Shown in pieces: positions 23,409-35,678 of a stretch of 64,000 bases of DNA. The stretch is from Cyanophora paradoxa CCMP329. Lineage: Eukaryota; Plantae; Glaucophyta. Made by a program: the position numbers and the translations under genes. Location of the stretch: the NCBI GenBank assembly GCA_004431415.1, contig QPMI01000520.1, positions 124,001 to 188,000 on the forward strand, in the 5' to 3' direction. Under the pieces are notes generated by a model. The model was not told where the DNA came from. It was given only the letters and a program-made list of their open reading frames with translations, and searched no databases. Every line of letters begins with the position of its first letter. Positions within the stretch are counted from its first letter, which is position 1.

Positions 23409-26400
23409 TCATGCCGCCGGGGGCGGCTCGGGGCCCGGGCCCCGGGGCTGGGGTTGGCGCGGCCCGGGGCAGGCCGGGGGCGGCGTCGCGAGGAGGACGG
23501 CGCTGAGCTCCTCCAGCACCAGCGGCTTCGTCAGCACCTCCGCGATGCCGGCTGCGAGGCGAGGCGGGCGCGTGAGGGGCGGGGGCGCGCTGGGGGATGG
23601 TGGAGGCGGGGCGGGGCGGACGGCGGCGGCGGAGGGCGGCGAGGGCGTCGGGCTCGGAGTGCCCTGTGAGGGCCACCACGCGGGGCGCCCCGGCCCCGAG
23701 CTCCGCCCGCAGCGCCCCCGCCGCCCGCGGCCCCGCGTCCGCGTCCTCCATCTGCCCCCGGGGCCCCGGCAGGCGTCAGCTCGCGTCCGCGAGAAACACG
23801 CGCAGGACTTCATTTGTACAGGACGCGCTCCTGCACGCGGGCGCCTCCGAGGGGCTCACCTGAACATCGAAGAGGGCGAGGTCGAATGGGGCGCCGGCGG
23901 CGGCGGCGGCGCGGGCGAGCGCCTGCGCCTCGGCGCCGCTGGCGGCGGCGGCGACGGCGGGCGGGGCGTAGCCGAGCTTCTCGAGGAAGCGGCAGGCGAC
24001 GCGGCGGTTGACGGCGCCGTCGTCGGCGACGAGGACGCGCAGCGGGTGCCTCGCCCTAGCGGCCCCTCGGGCCGGCTCAGCGCCCCCGCCGCCAGCTCGG
24101 GGTTTGACGAGGGGCGCCTGCCCGCCCCGGCCCCGGCCCCGGCCCCGGGCGCGGGGGCGGGCGCGGGGTGAGGGCCGCCGGCGCGGGGCCGGGGGCGGCG
24201 GGGCGGGCGTCGGGCTCGGGGGGCCGAGGGAGGCGGCGCTCTCCGGCGGAGAGGCCGCTTGCGGGCAGGCGAGCGGGGAGGGCGCCGGGCCCGAAGAGGA
24301 GGCCCACGAGGCGGCCGGCGAGGCGATGGAGGCGAGCTCCGCGGCCGACGCCGGGGTGGAGGCCGGGGCCGGCTCGCCGCTGGCCCCGGGCCAGGGGAGG
24401 GCGTCGAGGGCGGCGGCGAGCTCGCCCGGCACCAGCGGCTTCCCCACCGCCCCCTTGAACCCTGCGCCCCGCCCCGAGAGTGAGGTGCGGCAGACGCGCC
24501 GGCCGCTCGTCGGATCGCATCTCAGAGCTCTGCAGTCGCCCCCTCTCGCCGGGGGCGCGGGGAGGGCACCGTGGGCGAAGTACTCCTCGAGGTCCTCGGG
24601 GCTCACGTTCGCCGTCTGCCCGCCCCGTCGGCGCCGCGCCGCGGGGCGGGCGGGGCGGGGCGGGGAGGGGCGGGGCGGACGCAGGCGAGGACGGCGGGGG
24701 GCCCGCGGGGCGCGCCGGCGAACTCGCGGAGGATGGCGTCCGTGGCGGGGAGGCCCCCCAGCGGCGCCATGTGGATGTCTGGCCCCCGCCCCCGCGCAGG
24801 CCCCGTCAGATGAACCTCGGCGGCGGCGGGCGGGCCGCGTTTGGATCTCGAAGCTATGCGCTGTGCGCGAGGCAAGGAGCGCAGGCGGAGCGGCCTCTGG
24901 AGACTTTGTCGCGGCCCCTGGCGGGGCGCGGGGGCGCACCCATGAGGACGACGTCGCGGGGCCGGGCGCGGAGGGCGGCGAGGGCCTCCCCGCCCTCCCC
25001 CGCGTAGGCCACGTCGCGGAAGCCCAGGCGCGCAAGGAAGTGGCCCGAGACCGCCGCCGACGCCGCGTTGTCCTGCCCCCGCCCCACGCCTCTCAGCGGC
25101 GGGCCCCGCCGAGGCAGCGCAGGCGTCTAGCGGCCAACAGAGGATGGGCGCGGGGGCAGGCGGGCCTCGCAGACGAGGATGGAGAAGGGCTTGCGGGCGC
25201 CGAGGCCCTCGTCGAAGCGATGCCGCGCGGGAAGGCTCCAGGCGGCCCCGCCCGCCCCCGACGAGCGCCGCCGCCCCGCGGGCGAGGCCGGGGCGAGGGC
25301 CGCGAGGAGCTGCCGCCGCTTGACGGGGAGGAAGAGCTCCGCCACCCGCACCCCCGCCGCCCCCGCCCCTGCGCGCCCCGCCCCTGAGCATCCCCACGTG
25401 GCGGGCCGGGTCGGCGCCGCACGCACCGTCCGAGGAGGAGGCGGAGGGGCGGGGGGCGGAGTGCCCGGGCCGCACGGCCGCTCTCGGGGCCGCTCGAGAG
25501 GAAGAGGGCCGTGGCGAGGGCCTGCGGGGCGGCCTCAGAGGCGGCCGCGCGGGGCGCGGGGCGGCGGGGCGGACGGGGAAGGCGGCGGCGAGGTCGGCGG
25601 GGCGGGGCAGCGGGGCGCCCGGCCCCGCGCCCGCGCCGGCCTCCTCGGGGCCAGCCAGGCGGCGGTCTCGGCGAGGAGGATTTGGGCCTCGCCGGCCCTC
25701 AGCCGGGCCTCCGCCTCCGCGCGCGTGGCGGCGGTGACGAGGGCGGCGCCCCAGGCGGCGCAGGCGCGCTCGGCGAAGTCGCGCGCCGCGGGGTGCTCCA
25801 CCAGCACCAGCGCCGTCAGGCCGGCCAGCGGCGCCTCCTCCCCCCCCGCCCCGGCCCCGGCCCCGGTCCCGGCCCCGGCTTCCTCCTCGGGGGCGGGGGG
25901 CAGGAGGAGGACGGCGGTGAAGGTGGAGCCGGCGCCGGGGGCGCTCTCCACGAGGATCGTGCCCCCGCCCATGCACCCCGCCAGCTCCCGGCTGATCGAG
26001 AGCCCTGCGCCCCCGCCCGCCCCCGTCAGAGCGGGGCCGAGGGGGCGCGGGGCGAGGCGGGGCGGGGCCGCGCGCCGAGGCCTGTGCCGCCCCACTTCTT
26101 GTAGACCTCCTCGGAGCCCTGGCCGAAGGGGACGAAGAGGCGGGCCATCTCGGCCTCGCTCATCCCGGGGCCCTCGTCCCGCACCGCCACCGCCACCCGC
26201 AGCGCCCCCGGCGGGCCCTCCCCGGCCCCCGCCGGCCCCACCTCTGCCGCCACGCAGATGCGGCCCTTGTCACTGAATTTGGCCGCGTTGTTGAGGAGGT
26301 TCTGCGAGCGCGGGGCCCGCCTCAGGCGAGCGGGGCCGGGCCGGGGTAAGGGGGCGGGGGCGGGCCATGAGGATCTGCCGCAAGCGCCCCGCGTCCCCGA

Positions 26401-29101
26401 GCAGGCGCCGCGGCCGCCCCGCGGCGGGGGCCCAGCGGAGGGTGTGCTGCAGCGCGAGCCCCTGCGCGGGGGAGGGGCGGGGTGAGGAGGAGGGGCGGGT
26501 GCGGGGGGCGCGGGGCGGGGCGGGCCTTCTCGGCGGCCTTGACGGCGACGAGGCCGACGCTCTCCTCGAGGACCTCCTCGAGCGCGAACGGCTCCGCCAG
26601 CACCCGCATCTTCCCGCTCTCCAGCTTCGTCACGTCCAGGATGCTGCCCGCCCCGCCCCCGCACGCCTCGGCGGCGCCCCTCGCGCGGGCGGCGGCGGCG
26701 GGCGCACTCGGCGACGAGGTCGAGGATGGTCTGGGCGGAGAACCAGATCGTCTCCAGGCACTCCCGCTGCCCCGCCTCCCGCACCTGCCGCGGCGGTCCC
26801 GCCGGCCGCGTCGGCGCGGGGCGGCCGCGGGTGTGCGGGCGGAGGCGGGGCGGGGCGGGCCTCGTCGAGGAGGATGCGGGTGAAGCCGCAGATGGCGTTG
26901 AGGGGCGTGCGCAGCTCGTGGTTGACGCTCGCCACGACGCCGGCCCGCGCCAGCGACGCCGCCTTCGCCGCCCGCGCCCCCGCCAGCGCCTCCTGCGCCG
27001 CCTCCCGCTCCGCCGCCTCCCGCCTGAGCGCCGCGTTCGCCGCCGCCAGCTCCGCCGTGCGCTGCCGGACCGCCCGCTCCAGGCGCGCCGCGGTGCGCTC
27101 CAGCGAGGCGTAGCGGCGGATGGCGGCGCGCAGGCCGCCGATGCCCTCCTGCAGCGCCCGCACCTCGCCGAAGCACGAGGGCCGCTGCGCCGCGCCCGCC
27201 TGCGCCTCGGGGTCGGCCTCTGTCGTCGCGAAGAGCGAGCGCGCCGTCGGCGCCGTCGCAGCCGTCCCCGCCGGCGTCCCCGGCCGCGCCCCCGGGGCCC
27301 CGGCCGCCCCGGCGTCCCCGGCGTCGGCGGGCTCGAGGCAGAGGACGACGTGCGGGGACTTGGGCTTGCGCGCCCCCGGCGCGGTCGGCGCGGGGCCCGT
27401 GGCGGGGGCCGGGGCGGGGCCCGGGCGGGCTCGGGGGCCCCTCGAGGAGGGCGGCGAGGGCGGCGCGGAGCTCCTTGAGCTCCCGGGCGGCGGCGTGGAA
27501 GGGGCGGAAGGCGAGCCAGAGGATGGCGGCGCACGCGAGGGCCAGCAGCACGCAGGCCGCCCCGCCCAGCAGCGCCACCAGCACCGCCTCCCGCCGCAGC
27601 GCCGGCACCGGCGCCCGCGTCGCCACCACCCAGTCGATCCCGCTCCACCGCAGCGCCGAGCACGCCGCGAGGTAGCGGCCGGGCGGCGACGGCGCCGCCC
27701 ACTCCTCCTCCGAGCGCTCGTAGGGGCGCCCCGAGGCCGCCGCCCGCGCCGCCCCCGCGCACTTTGGCGCAGGGTACGGCTGCACGGAGAGGCGGCGGGT
27801 CGGGCGGGGGCCTCGGAGCTCGAGGGGGCGGCGTGGGGCGGGGCTCGGGGGCGGCGCACGGCGGCGGACTCGGCCCAGAGCTCCTTGTTGGGGGAGAGCA
27901 AGAGGGTGTCCCCGGGGGAGAAGACGAAGAGCTCGGCGTCGCTGTACAGCGGCGACATCACCCGCCGCGACACCTCCCGCGCCCACTCTGCCCCCGGGCC
28001 CCCCCGTGGGCCTCTGAGGGGGCGCGGGCGGGGGGGCGGGGGCGGACCCCAGTGGAGGTGGAGGGCGAGGACGTGGCTGACGCTGCCGTTGGCGAGGCGC
28101 ATGGGCACCGCGACGTCCACGAAGCGGATCGGCTCCGACGCGTTCGGCGCCAGCAGCGACTGCAGCAGCACCGCCGTGTGCACGTCCCCTGCCCCCCCCG
28201 CCTCACGCCCCGCTTTGGCGACCCGGCGGGGGCCGGGGCCGCACCGAGGTAGCCGGAGCCGCGCTGGGCGTTGGAGAACCAGGGGCGCGCCGACACGTCC
28301 CGCCCCTCCCTGCCCCCGCACTCAGCGCCCGTGAGGGGGGCCCGGGGGCGCCGCCTCGAGGGGCGGGGCGGGGCGGGGCGCACAGGAGGCCCCCCGTGGC
28401 GGCGCGCACGAGGCCCGAGGCGGCCGCCGCCCCGATCCACGACGCCCGCGGCACTGGGCGCCCCGGCGGCGGTCAGAGAGGCGTCGGCGGGGTGCGGGCG
28501 CGGGGCGGCTCGCCGAGGGACTGGAGGTACTCCATCGTGCCCCGTGTGATGCGCGAGGCGTCCCCCTCCAGCATGTCTGCCCCCGGGGCCCCCTCGCCTC
28601 AGCGGGGCTCCCGGGGCGCGGGGCGGGGGGGCGGGGGGGCGGGCGGGGGCGGACGGGCGGTGACGGCGGTGAGCTGGAGGCTCGCGTCGAGGGAGGCCCG
28701 CAGCTGCTCCGCCGCCTCCTTCGCCGCCCCCGCCAGCCGCAGCTACCCCCGGGGCCCCTCAGCAGGGGCCGGCGCGGGGCGCGGGCCGGGGGCGGGGCGG
28801 GGCGCGCCTCGAGGCTCTCGGTCTGGGCGACGCGCGCGCGGTCGGCGCTGACGAGGCCGACCGTCACCGAGATCGCCACGCTGGCCACCAGCACGAAGAG
28901 CCCCTGTGGAACACGTGTGATTACGGAGTCCATGCATGGCGAGGCGCTTGAGGGGAGCACCACGAAGAGGTCCAGCCGCATCGTCCGCCCCCGGCGCCCC
29001 CCCGCCCCGCGCGGGCTCGGCTGCTCCAGGCCGCCTCCGCCCCACGGGTCGTCACCGCGCTCCCCGGGCCCGTCCTTTCCACACGCGCTCTCCACATCCA
29101 T
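23409..29101 (-). CDS. Membrane hybrid histidine kinase: TM, dCache-like sensor, TM, HisKA, HATPase, pseudo-receiver and two receiver domains
   Basis: H-box VNHELRTPLNAICG; N-box NLLNNAAKFS; G1 RDEGPG; G2 GGTGLGLSISREL; VESAPGAGSTFT; receivers ILVCEDN..DVVLMDIHM..TAN..KP and VLVADD..DLALFDVQM..LTG..TKP. Confidence 0.92.
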
Positions 29102-29768
29102 CGCCTTGCTCCTTTTCGTAGGCGAAGGCGATCGGCCTGGGACATGCTGGTTAAGTTCTGCTCCGAATCGAACCAAGCCGAAACAAAAGACCGGAACTGT
29201 TGTGCGCACGCGCACCAGATCTAGACAGCGATGGAGAAGAATGTGCACACGCGATGGGCGCGTCGATGCCGGGCGCCGCGCGCGCGTACTTCTGTAGCTC
29301 GCGCTGATGTGCCCTCGGAACCGCTGATGTGCCGGCCCGGGCTAGCTGCTGCTCCTTCGCTAGAAGCGATGCATACGTAGTACTAGTTCTCGCAGCTGCA
29401 GGCTGCAGGCACACCAGGCTTGACTGAGGCTAATCTTCACTCGAGCTCCCCGCAGCCTGCTGGATCGTTCTCGTATACGCCTAGGCCTGGCCGAAGCTGC
29501 ATGCGCAGTGCATGCAGGCCGGCCGCGCTAGCGCTGGGATACTCGATGGAGACATCGATCTAGAGAGGCGCTAGCGCTCCCTTCTCATCGAACTTAAATC
29601 CAGCTAGCTACCGTACCGCAAGGTCCGCAACGCGTCAAGCCCCGGCGCCGGCGCAGGGATCGGAACAGAGGCTGTGCCGCAGATCGCGCGCGTGGCTCGC
29701 GAAGCTAGCTGCAGGACCCCGGGGGATGAAATTGAGCGCGGGTACGCACTCATTCACTGGGTATAGAA

Positions 29769-31453
29769 ATGGAGTCGTTCGTGCACCTCGGCGCCCCCGC
29801 CCTGTGCGTCGGCGAGGCGGATGTGGTCCAGCAGCTTTCTGCCCAGGCGTCCCCGCAGACGCGACCCCAAACACAGGCCGCGATCACACGGAAGGCGCGG
29901 CGAGCTCAGCGGCGCTTCGCTCGTGGATCGGAGGCGTCTTTCTTCGCCGGCAGCAGCTCAGGCAGCCTGCGTCACGCCCTGACGTCCCCAGCCCCCGTCG
30001 CCGCTCGCCGAGATCTCGAGATCCGTGCCGAGGCCGAGGTGCGCTGTGCCCCAGATCCCCGCGTGCCACGAGCACGCGTACGTCGCTCGGCGGTGCTATT
30101 GAGTCTCGTACGGGACGCCGCTTATGAATCCCCGCCTCAGGGCCTCGACTACGCCTCAAGCGGCGTGGACATCGACCTCGAGGCGGCGGCGGTAAAGAGC
30201 CTGATCACCAGCCTTGGGAAGGCGGCTGTGCGCAAGTCCGGCGAGCGCGGGGCCCTCGTCCCGCACCCCGGCGGCTTCAGCGGCCTCATCGAGTTCGGGC
30301 CCGACTCGCTCCTCGGCCTCTGCACCGACGGCGTCGGCTCCAAGCTCTCCATTGCCAACGAGCTCCGGTGCGCCGCACGCGCGCGGACGCCTCGGGCGGC
30401 GGGGCGTGACGGGCGGGGGGCGGGGCGGGGCCAGGTACTGGGACACGGTCGGCATCGACTGCATGGCGATGAACGTGAACGACCTGCTGTGCGTCGGCTG
30501 CGAGCCGCTCGCCTTCGTGGACTACGTCGCCATCCCGAAGCCCGACCCCGAGGTGCACGCGGCCCTGGGGCGCTCCCTCGCGGAGGCCTGCAGGCAGGCC
30601 CGCGTCTCCCTCTGCGGCGGCGAGACGGCGAGCCTCCCCGGCATCGTCACCGAGCTCGACCTCTCCGGCACCGCCCTCGGCTGGGTCGCCCGCGGCGCCC
30701 AGCTCACCGGCGAGCGCGTCGCCCCCGGTGCGCCCCGCCCGCCCCGCCGCCCCGCCCCCGCGCCCTTCGCCCTGACGCGGGCGGCGCAGGCGACCTGCTC
30801 GTCGGGCTGCCCTCGAGCGGGATCCACTCGAACGGGTACTCGCTGGCGCGCAAGGTGGTGGAGGTGGCGGGGGCGGACCTGCGCGCGCCGGCGCCCTTCG
30901 ACGCCGCGTGGCCCTTCCGCACCATCAACCGCTTCAGGGAGGGGCCGGTGACGCTGGGCGAGGTCCTGCTCAACCCGACCCGCATCTACTGCGACCCCAT
31001 TGTGGACCTGCTCAAGGCCTGCCGCGACGGCTCGGGCCCCGCCCCCTACGAGTCCCTCCACGCGATGGCGCACATCACGGGCGGCGGCCTCTCGAACCTG
31101 CTGCGGCTGCACCCCTCCCACGGCTACGTCATCGAGGAGCCCCTGAGCGTGCCCCCCGAGTTCGCCTGGATGGCGGAGCGCGGCGGGGTCTCGAACCGGG
31201 AGATGCACCGCACCTTCAACATGGGCCTCGGCTTCGTCATCGTCGTCAAGGCCGAGCACGCCAAGGCCGTCTCCGACTGGCTCGCCGCCCGCCTCCCCGG
31301 CACCCAGGCCCGCCCCCCCCGCCCCCTCCCCTTCTTGCCCGTGCAGCCTCCGTCCCTCACGTGGCGCCTCGCGCGCAGATCGTGGGGCGCGTCGCGGAGG
31401 GCCACAAGGTGACCTACGCCCCGGACCCCAGCGTCGTCTTCGACCACTACTAG
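29769..31453 (+). CDS. purM: AIR synthetase (phosphoribosylformylglycinamidine cyclo-ligase) with putative plastid transit peptide
   Basis: DYASSGVDID, TDGVGSK, GIDCMAMNVND, EPLAFVDY, GGETASLPG, SSGIHSNGYSL, HITGGG, TFNMGLG; about 90-aa N-terminal extension starting MESFV. Confidence 0.96.
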
Positions 31454-31547
31454 CCGCCCGCATCTAGCTAGGCCCGGCCCCGGCGCCCGCGCGCGCGCGC
31501 GTGTGTGTCTCGGAAGGCGGCAGCAATCGACGGGGCGTTGTCGCGGG

Positions 31548-33659
31548 CTAGAGGTTCATGAGGAGCTTGAGGGGCGGGGCGAGGTCGGCGCGCTCGCGCC
31601 AGGTCTCCTCCCAGGGCCCCCCGCCCACCTCCACGCCGCACGCGTCGCTCACGGCGTCCACGAGCACCTCGTGCGCCCCCGCGGGGCCCCTCCGCGCCAG
31701 CACCAGCCGGCACCGGCCCCGCATCGCGTCCCGGCACACGTGCACCAGGCCCTCCCGCGTCGGCGCCCGCAGCGGGCAGCCGGGCTCGTCCGTCCACGCC
31801 GTCACCTCCGCCACGTACCCGTTCGCCTCCGCCCGCACGTGCCTGCAGAGGGGCTCAGGGCGCGGGGAGGGGAGGGGGAGGGCCGGGGGCTCGAGGGCGC
31901 GCCAGCGGCCCCAGGGGTCGATGCGCCAGGAGACGGCGCCGGCGCCCGCGTCGGTGTTCCACGGGACGAACTCGTAGAGGCGGCCGGCGTGGTGCACGGC
32001 GATCATGGCGGCGCGCTCGGGCTCGCTCTGCCAGGGGACGCCCCGCAGGCCGCCCCCGACCGTCAGCGCCAGGTCCGCTTCCCCCTCGAACAGGTTGCAG
32101 TTCATCCAGAACCCTGCCCCCGCCGCCCCGCCCCGCCTCGCACCGCCGCCACGCCTCCCTTGCCCCCGACCCCGGCGGCTCACATTTCGTCGGGAAGGCG
32201 CCCCCTGCGCCGCGCCGTCGGCGTGGAGCAAAGCGGGGGGAGGGGAGAGGCCGAACAATGAACGAACCCCAGTTTTTCTCGCTGTAGGCGGGGGCATCGA
32301 CGAAGTCAAAGCTGCGGGAGGGGTCAGACGGAGGGGCGAGGAAGTCGACCCTTCCAAGGCGGCGGGGGGAGGCGCGCGCCGCTCGCCGCGCCAGTCGACG
32401 TAGCCGGTGGCGAAGCCGTGGGCCATGAGGACCTGCCAGCCGGGCTCGAAGGCCTTCGGGACGGGCCGGTGTGAGGGCCGGCAAGGCGGGGGCGGGCGGG
32501 CGGGGAAGGGGGGCGCGCCTGGAGGGAGGAGACCCAGGAGGCTGTGGACTTCTGGGGCTTGTCCCCCCAGGGCGCCCCGTACCCGTACGCCGGTCGCGTC
32601 CGGTACCGCCTGCCCCCCGCCCGCCTCAGCCTTCCTGTGAGGGCGCGGCGGCTGAGGGGGTACCAGCGGACGATGTCGCCCGTCTCCTTGTCCCGGAGGC
32701 AGCCCTGGTGCAGCCGCGCTGTCACCTGGTACCCCTCCCGCACCTGCACACCGCAGCTTCGGGCGGGGCGGGCAGAGAGGGGGCGGGCGTGCGTGCTGGC
32801 CTCCTGCTCGAACTGGTCCGGGGGGAGGGGCCGGGCGGGCCCCGTGTGCAGCGCCGGCGCCGCCTCGAACCAGTTGCCCAGGCCAAGGCGTTTGGGCCAC
32901 GCCCAAAAGCGGCCGACGTCGCGGCTCGTCTGCCACACGTACTCGTCCCGCGGGCCCAGGATCTGCGCCCCAGAGAGGCTGCACGGCGCCCCGCCCGCCG
33001 GGTCCTCGATGCTGCCGCCCCGCGTCGCGATCGGCGCCGGCGCGGAGACGGAGCGCGCGGAGACCACGCGCAAGCGCGCACGCACGCACCTGTACATGAA
33101 CGCCACCGTCTCGTGGTTTTGTGGCAGCGTGATGCGGAAGTACCAACCTGCGGGGGAAAACCGAGGGTCAGACCGAGCGGCGGCGGGTCAACGCGAGGAG
33201 CGCTCACCTTCAAAGAAGCGTCTGGTCTGACCCCGCCAGTGGTACCTTCACCGCGGAAGGCGCCGCAAGCCCGTGCGGTCAGCGGCAGGCCGGCGGCGCC
33301 GCGCGTCCCGGACCGAGCGGGGCGCACCCGCTGTGCGGCGGCTGGAGCTCCTGGAGCGGCTCGCGAAGGACGTCTTCCACCTCGGAAGCTTGAGCCGCCG
33401 CCGGCGCGTCGCGCTCCGGCGCGGCGGCTCGGATCGGGGTCGCCGGCGCCGCGCGTGCGCCTGTGGAGCACCAGTGGCGGCCGCGCACGGCCCCGAACGC
33501 TCTGGAAAAGCTCCTCCGCTGCGCCCGACGCACTGCGCCTCGGCCGGCCTCCGTACCGACCGCGGATGACGTCGACCGGAGAGCGGACCTCGACGGGAGG
33601 CGCGTGTGGCCGGCCGACCAGTGCGCCGGGGGCAGTGGCGTGAGCGCAAACGCAGCCAT
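31548..33659 (-). CDS. VTE1: Tocopherol cyclase, plastid-targeted
   Basis: PHSGYHW, FFEGWYFRITLP, FMYSIEDP, GAQILG, EGYQVT, FEPGWQVLMAHG, PAYSEKNWG, FWMNCNLF, YEFVPW; transit peptide begins MAAF. Confidence 0.95.
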
Positions 33660-33950
33660 TTGCCTGTGCGGAACTCGAGGGGCTCGTTGGGGCGCCAGCC
33701 TGGCAGTGATGCAGCTGGCTTCCTGTCGACTGCTAGTGCGCCGGTATCCCCGGTTCGACAGCCCCCGGCCTGCGGGGGCCGTCCCAGTCTGGCACTGTTC
33801 ATACAACTGTCATGCATGCACGGCCACTATACGCGTACGCTTGCCCATGCACCCTCACCCTGAGCCGTGGTGCACGCGCGCCAAAGAGGCAGAGGTGCGG
33901 GCGGATGACGGAGAAACCAGAGCGCGCTTTAATTAAAACAAGCAATACGA

Positions 33951-34399
33951 TCAGAAGGTGCCGCCATTGAAGCCCCAGCAATTCCCGGGGACGGAAGAGA
34001 AGTTCTGTAGCAGGTCAGCTTGCAAATTGAAGCAATTAAGAGCGATTGCGGGTCGCGCGGCGCACAAGATAGCAGCGGTCTGCGGGGATGTTGAGCTTGG
34101 CGGTGAGCATGCTCGAGATGCCGGCGCTAAGCTTCTCGTGGGAGCCGACGGCCAGGCCGATTCCGCGGACCTCGCAGAACGCAGCGGGGCCCGGATTCCC
34201 GCCCATCGCAATCGCGCCCTTCTCGACGATTGCCATGGTATAGGCGGTCTTCCCTGTGATCTTCCCGACCACCTCGGTGAGTTCCTGTGCCGCCGTCAGC
34301 AGCTCCCACGGCCACTGACTCGCCGCGCCACCGCACCTTCAAGAGGTCGCTCTCCTTGCCCGCGATCTCCACATTCACAACGCACCTTACCATCGGCAT
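33951..34399 (-). CDS. MIF: MIF-family tautomerase (3 exons)
   Basis: MPMVRCVVNV (catalytic Pro1 after Met removal), GGNPGPAAFCEVRGIG, LNIPADRCYL, WGFNGGTF*. Confidence 0.92.
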
Positions 34400-34846
34400 G
34401 ATAGACCGTAGACGGGGTAGGGGGGGAAGCGGACGCAGGAAGCTGTACATCACCGATCAGCGAGGCCGCCGTCGCGGCTGTCGCGCTATCTTGCGTCGCG
34501 ACGCGGACGCAAGGTTCGACCGGTCTAGCCATCTAGCTTGCATCGTCGGCACGCGCCACGGCGCTGGGACACGCACCGCGTTAAAAAAACGATGCGAAGG
34601 ATAAAAAGTCGTGGGTTCGGATAGGCGAGAGAACAGTTTCTGAGACCAGGACGATGTCGTACCTGGTGCGCGCTGTTGGACCTCTGCTCGTTCTAGGCGA
34701 TTGCATAGACGGGGGAGAGTCATAGTAAGAAGCGCCGCAAAGATATCCCGGCCCGTCCGTTGATGCGCAGCCCAACCGCCCCGCCGGAACACGACTTGTT
34801 CGACGGTCGACCCCGCTCCGCCTAGCGTCTCGTATCTCATGGCGGA

Positions 34847-35583
34847 ATGCTAGCCTTTTCCGCCCGACCTGCGGGTAACTGCTCCGACTTCGCCCCAACC
34901 CAGTCATTTCAGTCCGCCGTCTGCCACGTCGCCTTTCTTACAAAGTTTTTGGGTCATCCCCCGCCGGGCCTTACTTTGCTGTGCCGCACGCTCACGCGCC
35001 GTTCGGCACCCCCGCGAATCGCTGAGGCATCGCTCTTGCAGACGCACAACCCGCACAACGCGCTCACAGGCAATGGCGTTCCGGCCATCAACTTCTCGGT
35101 GCGCGTGCCGGGCCGCCGCTGGCGCAGGGACCGCCGCCGACGCGGGGCCGGCGGGGCGCAGACCAAAGCGCACCTGGTGCACGAGATGATCCACGGCGGG
35201 AACGGGCAGGCGGTCTCCAACCTCTTCGGCTCGGCGCTCCAGCAGGCCCTCGCCTCGGAGGTCCGGCGCTGCCCGGCCCCACGCACGGCCCTCGCGCCGC
35301 TAATGCGCTGGCCGCCGGGCGCAGCCCGGCAAGTTCCAGATCTCGACGAACGTGTCCCCCAACCGGCTCGACCTCGAGATGCAGGACATCGACGTCGACA
35401 CGGTGCCAGCCCGCCCTCTGCTTGCCCCGCCCCCGCCCGTCGCCGACGGGACGGGGCGGGCAGCTGGCGGTGGCTGCGGAGGGCGCGGAGGAGGCTGGGG
35501 AGGGCGCGGTGGCGCTGGAGGACGCGCAGGAGGAGGTCTTCGTCGACGACGTCCTCGACTCCACCTTCGGCATCGACATCTGA
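34847..35583 (+). CDS. Small orphan protein with acidic C-terminal exon; 5' end uncertain
   Basis: Clean GT-AG spliced exons THNPHNALTGNGVPAINFS / TKAHLVHEMIHGG...ALASE / PGKFQISTNVSPNRLDLEMQDIDVDT / LAVAAEGAEEAGEGAVALEDAQEEVFVDDVLDSTFGIDI*. Confidence 0.65.
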
Positions 35584-35678
35584 GCCCCCCGCCCCCAGCC
35601 AGCTAGCACGGCCCCGCCTTGCTAGAAGGCGCGCCTCCGACGATATTACGTATTCCCCGCGACGAGGCGCCAAGCTCG

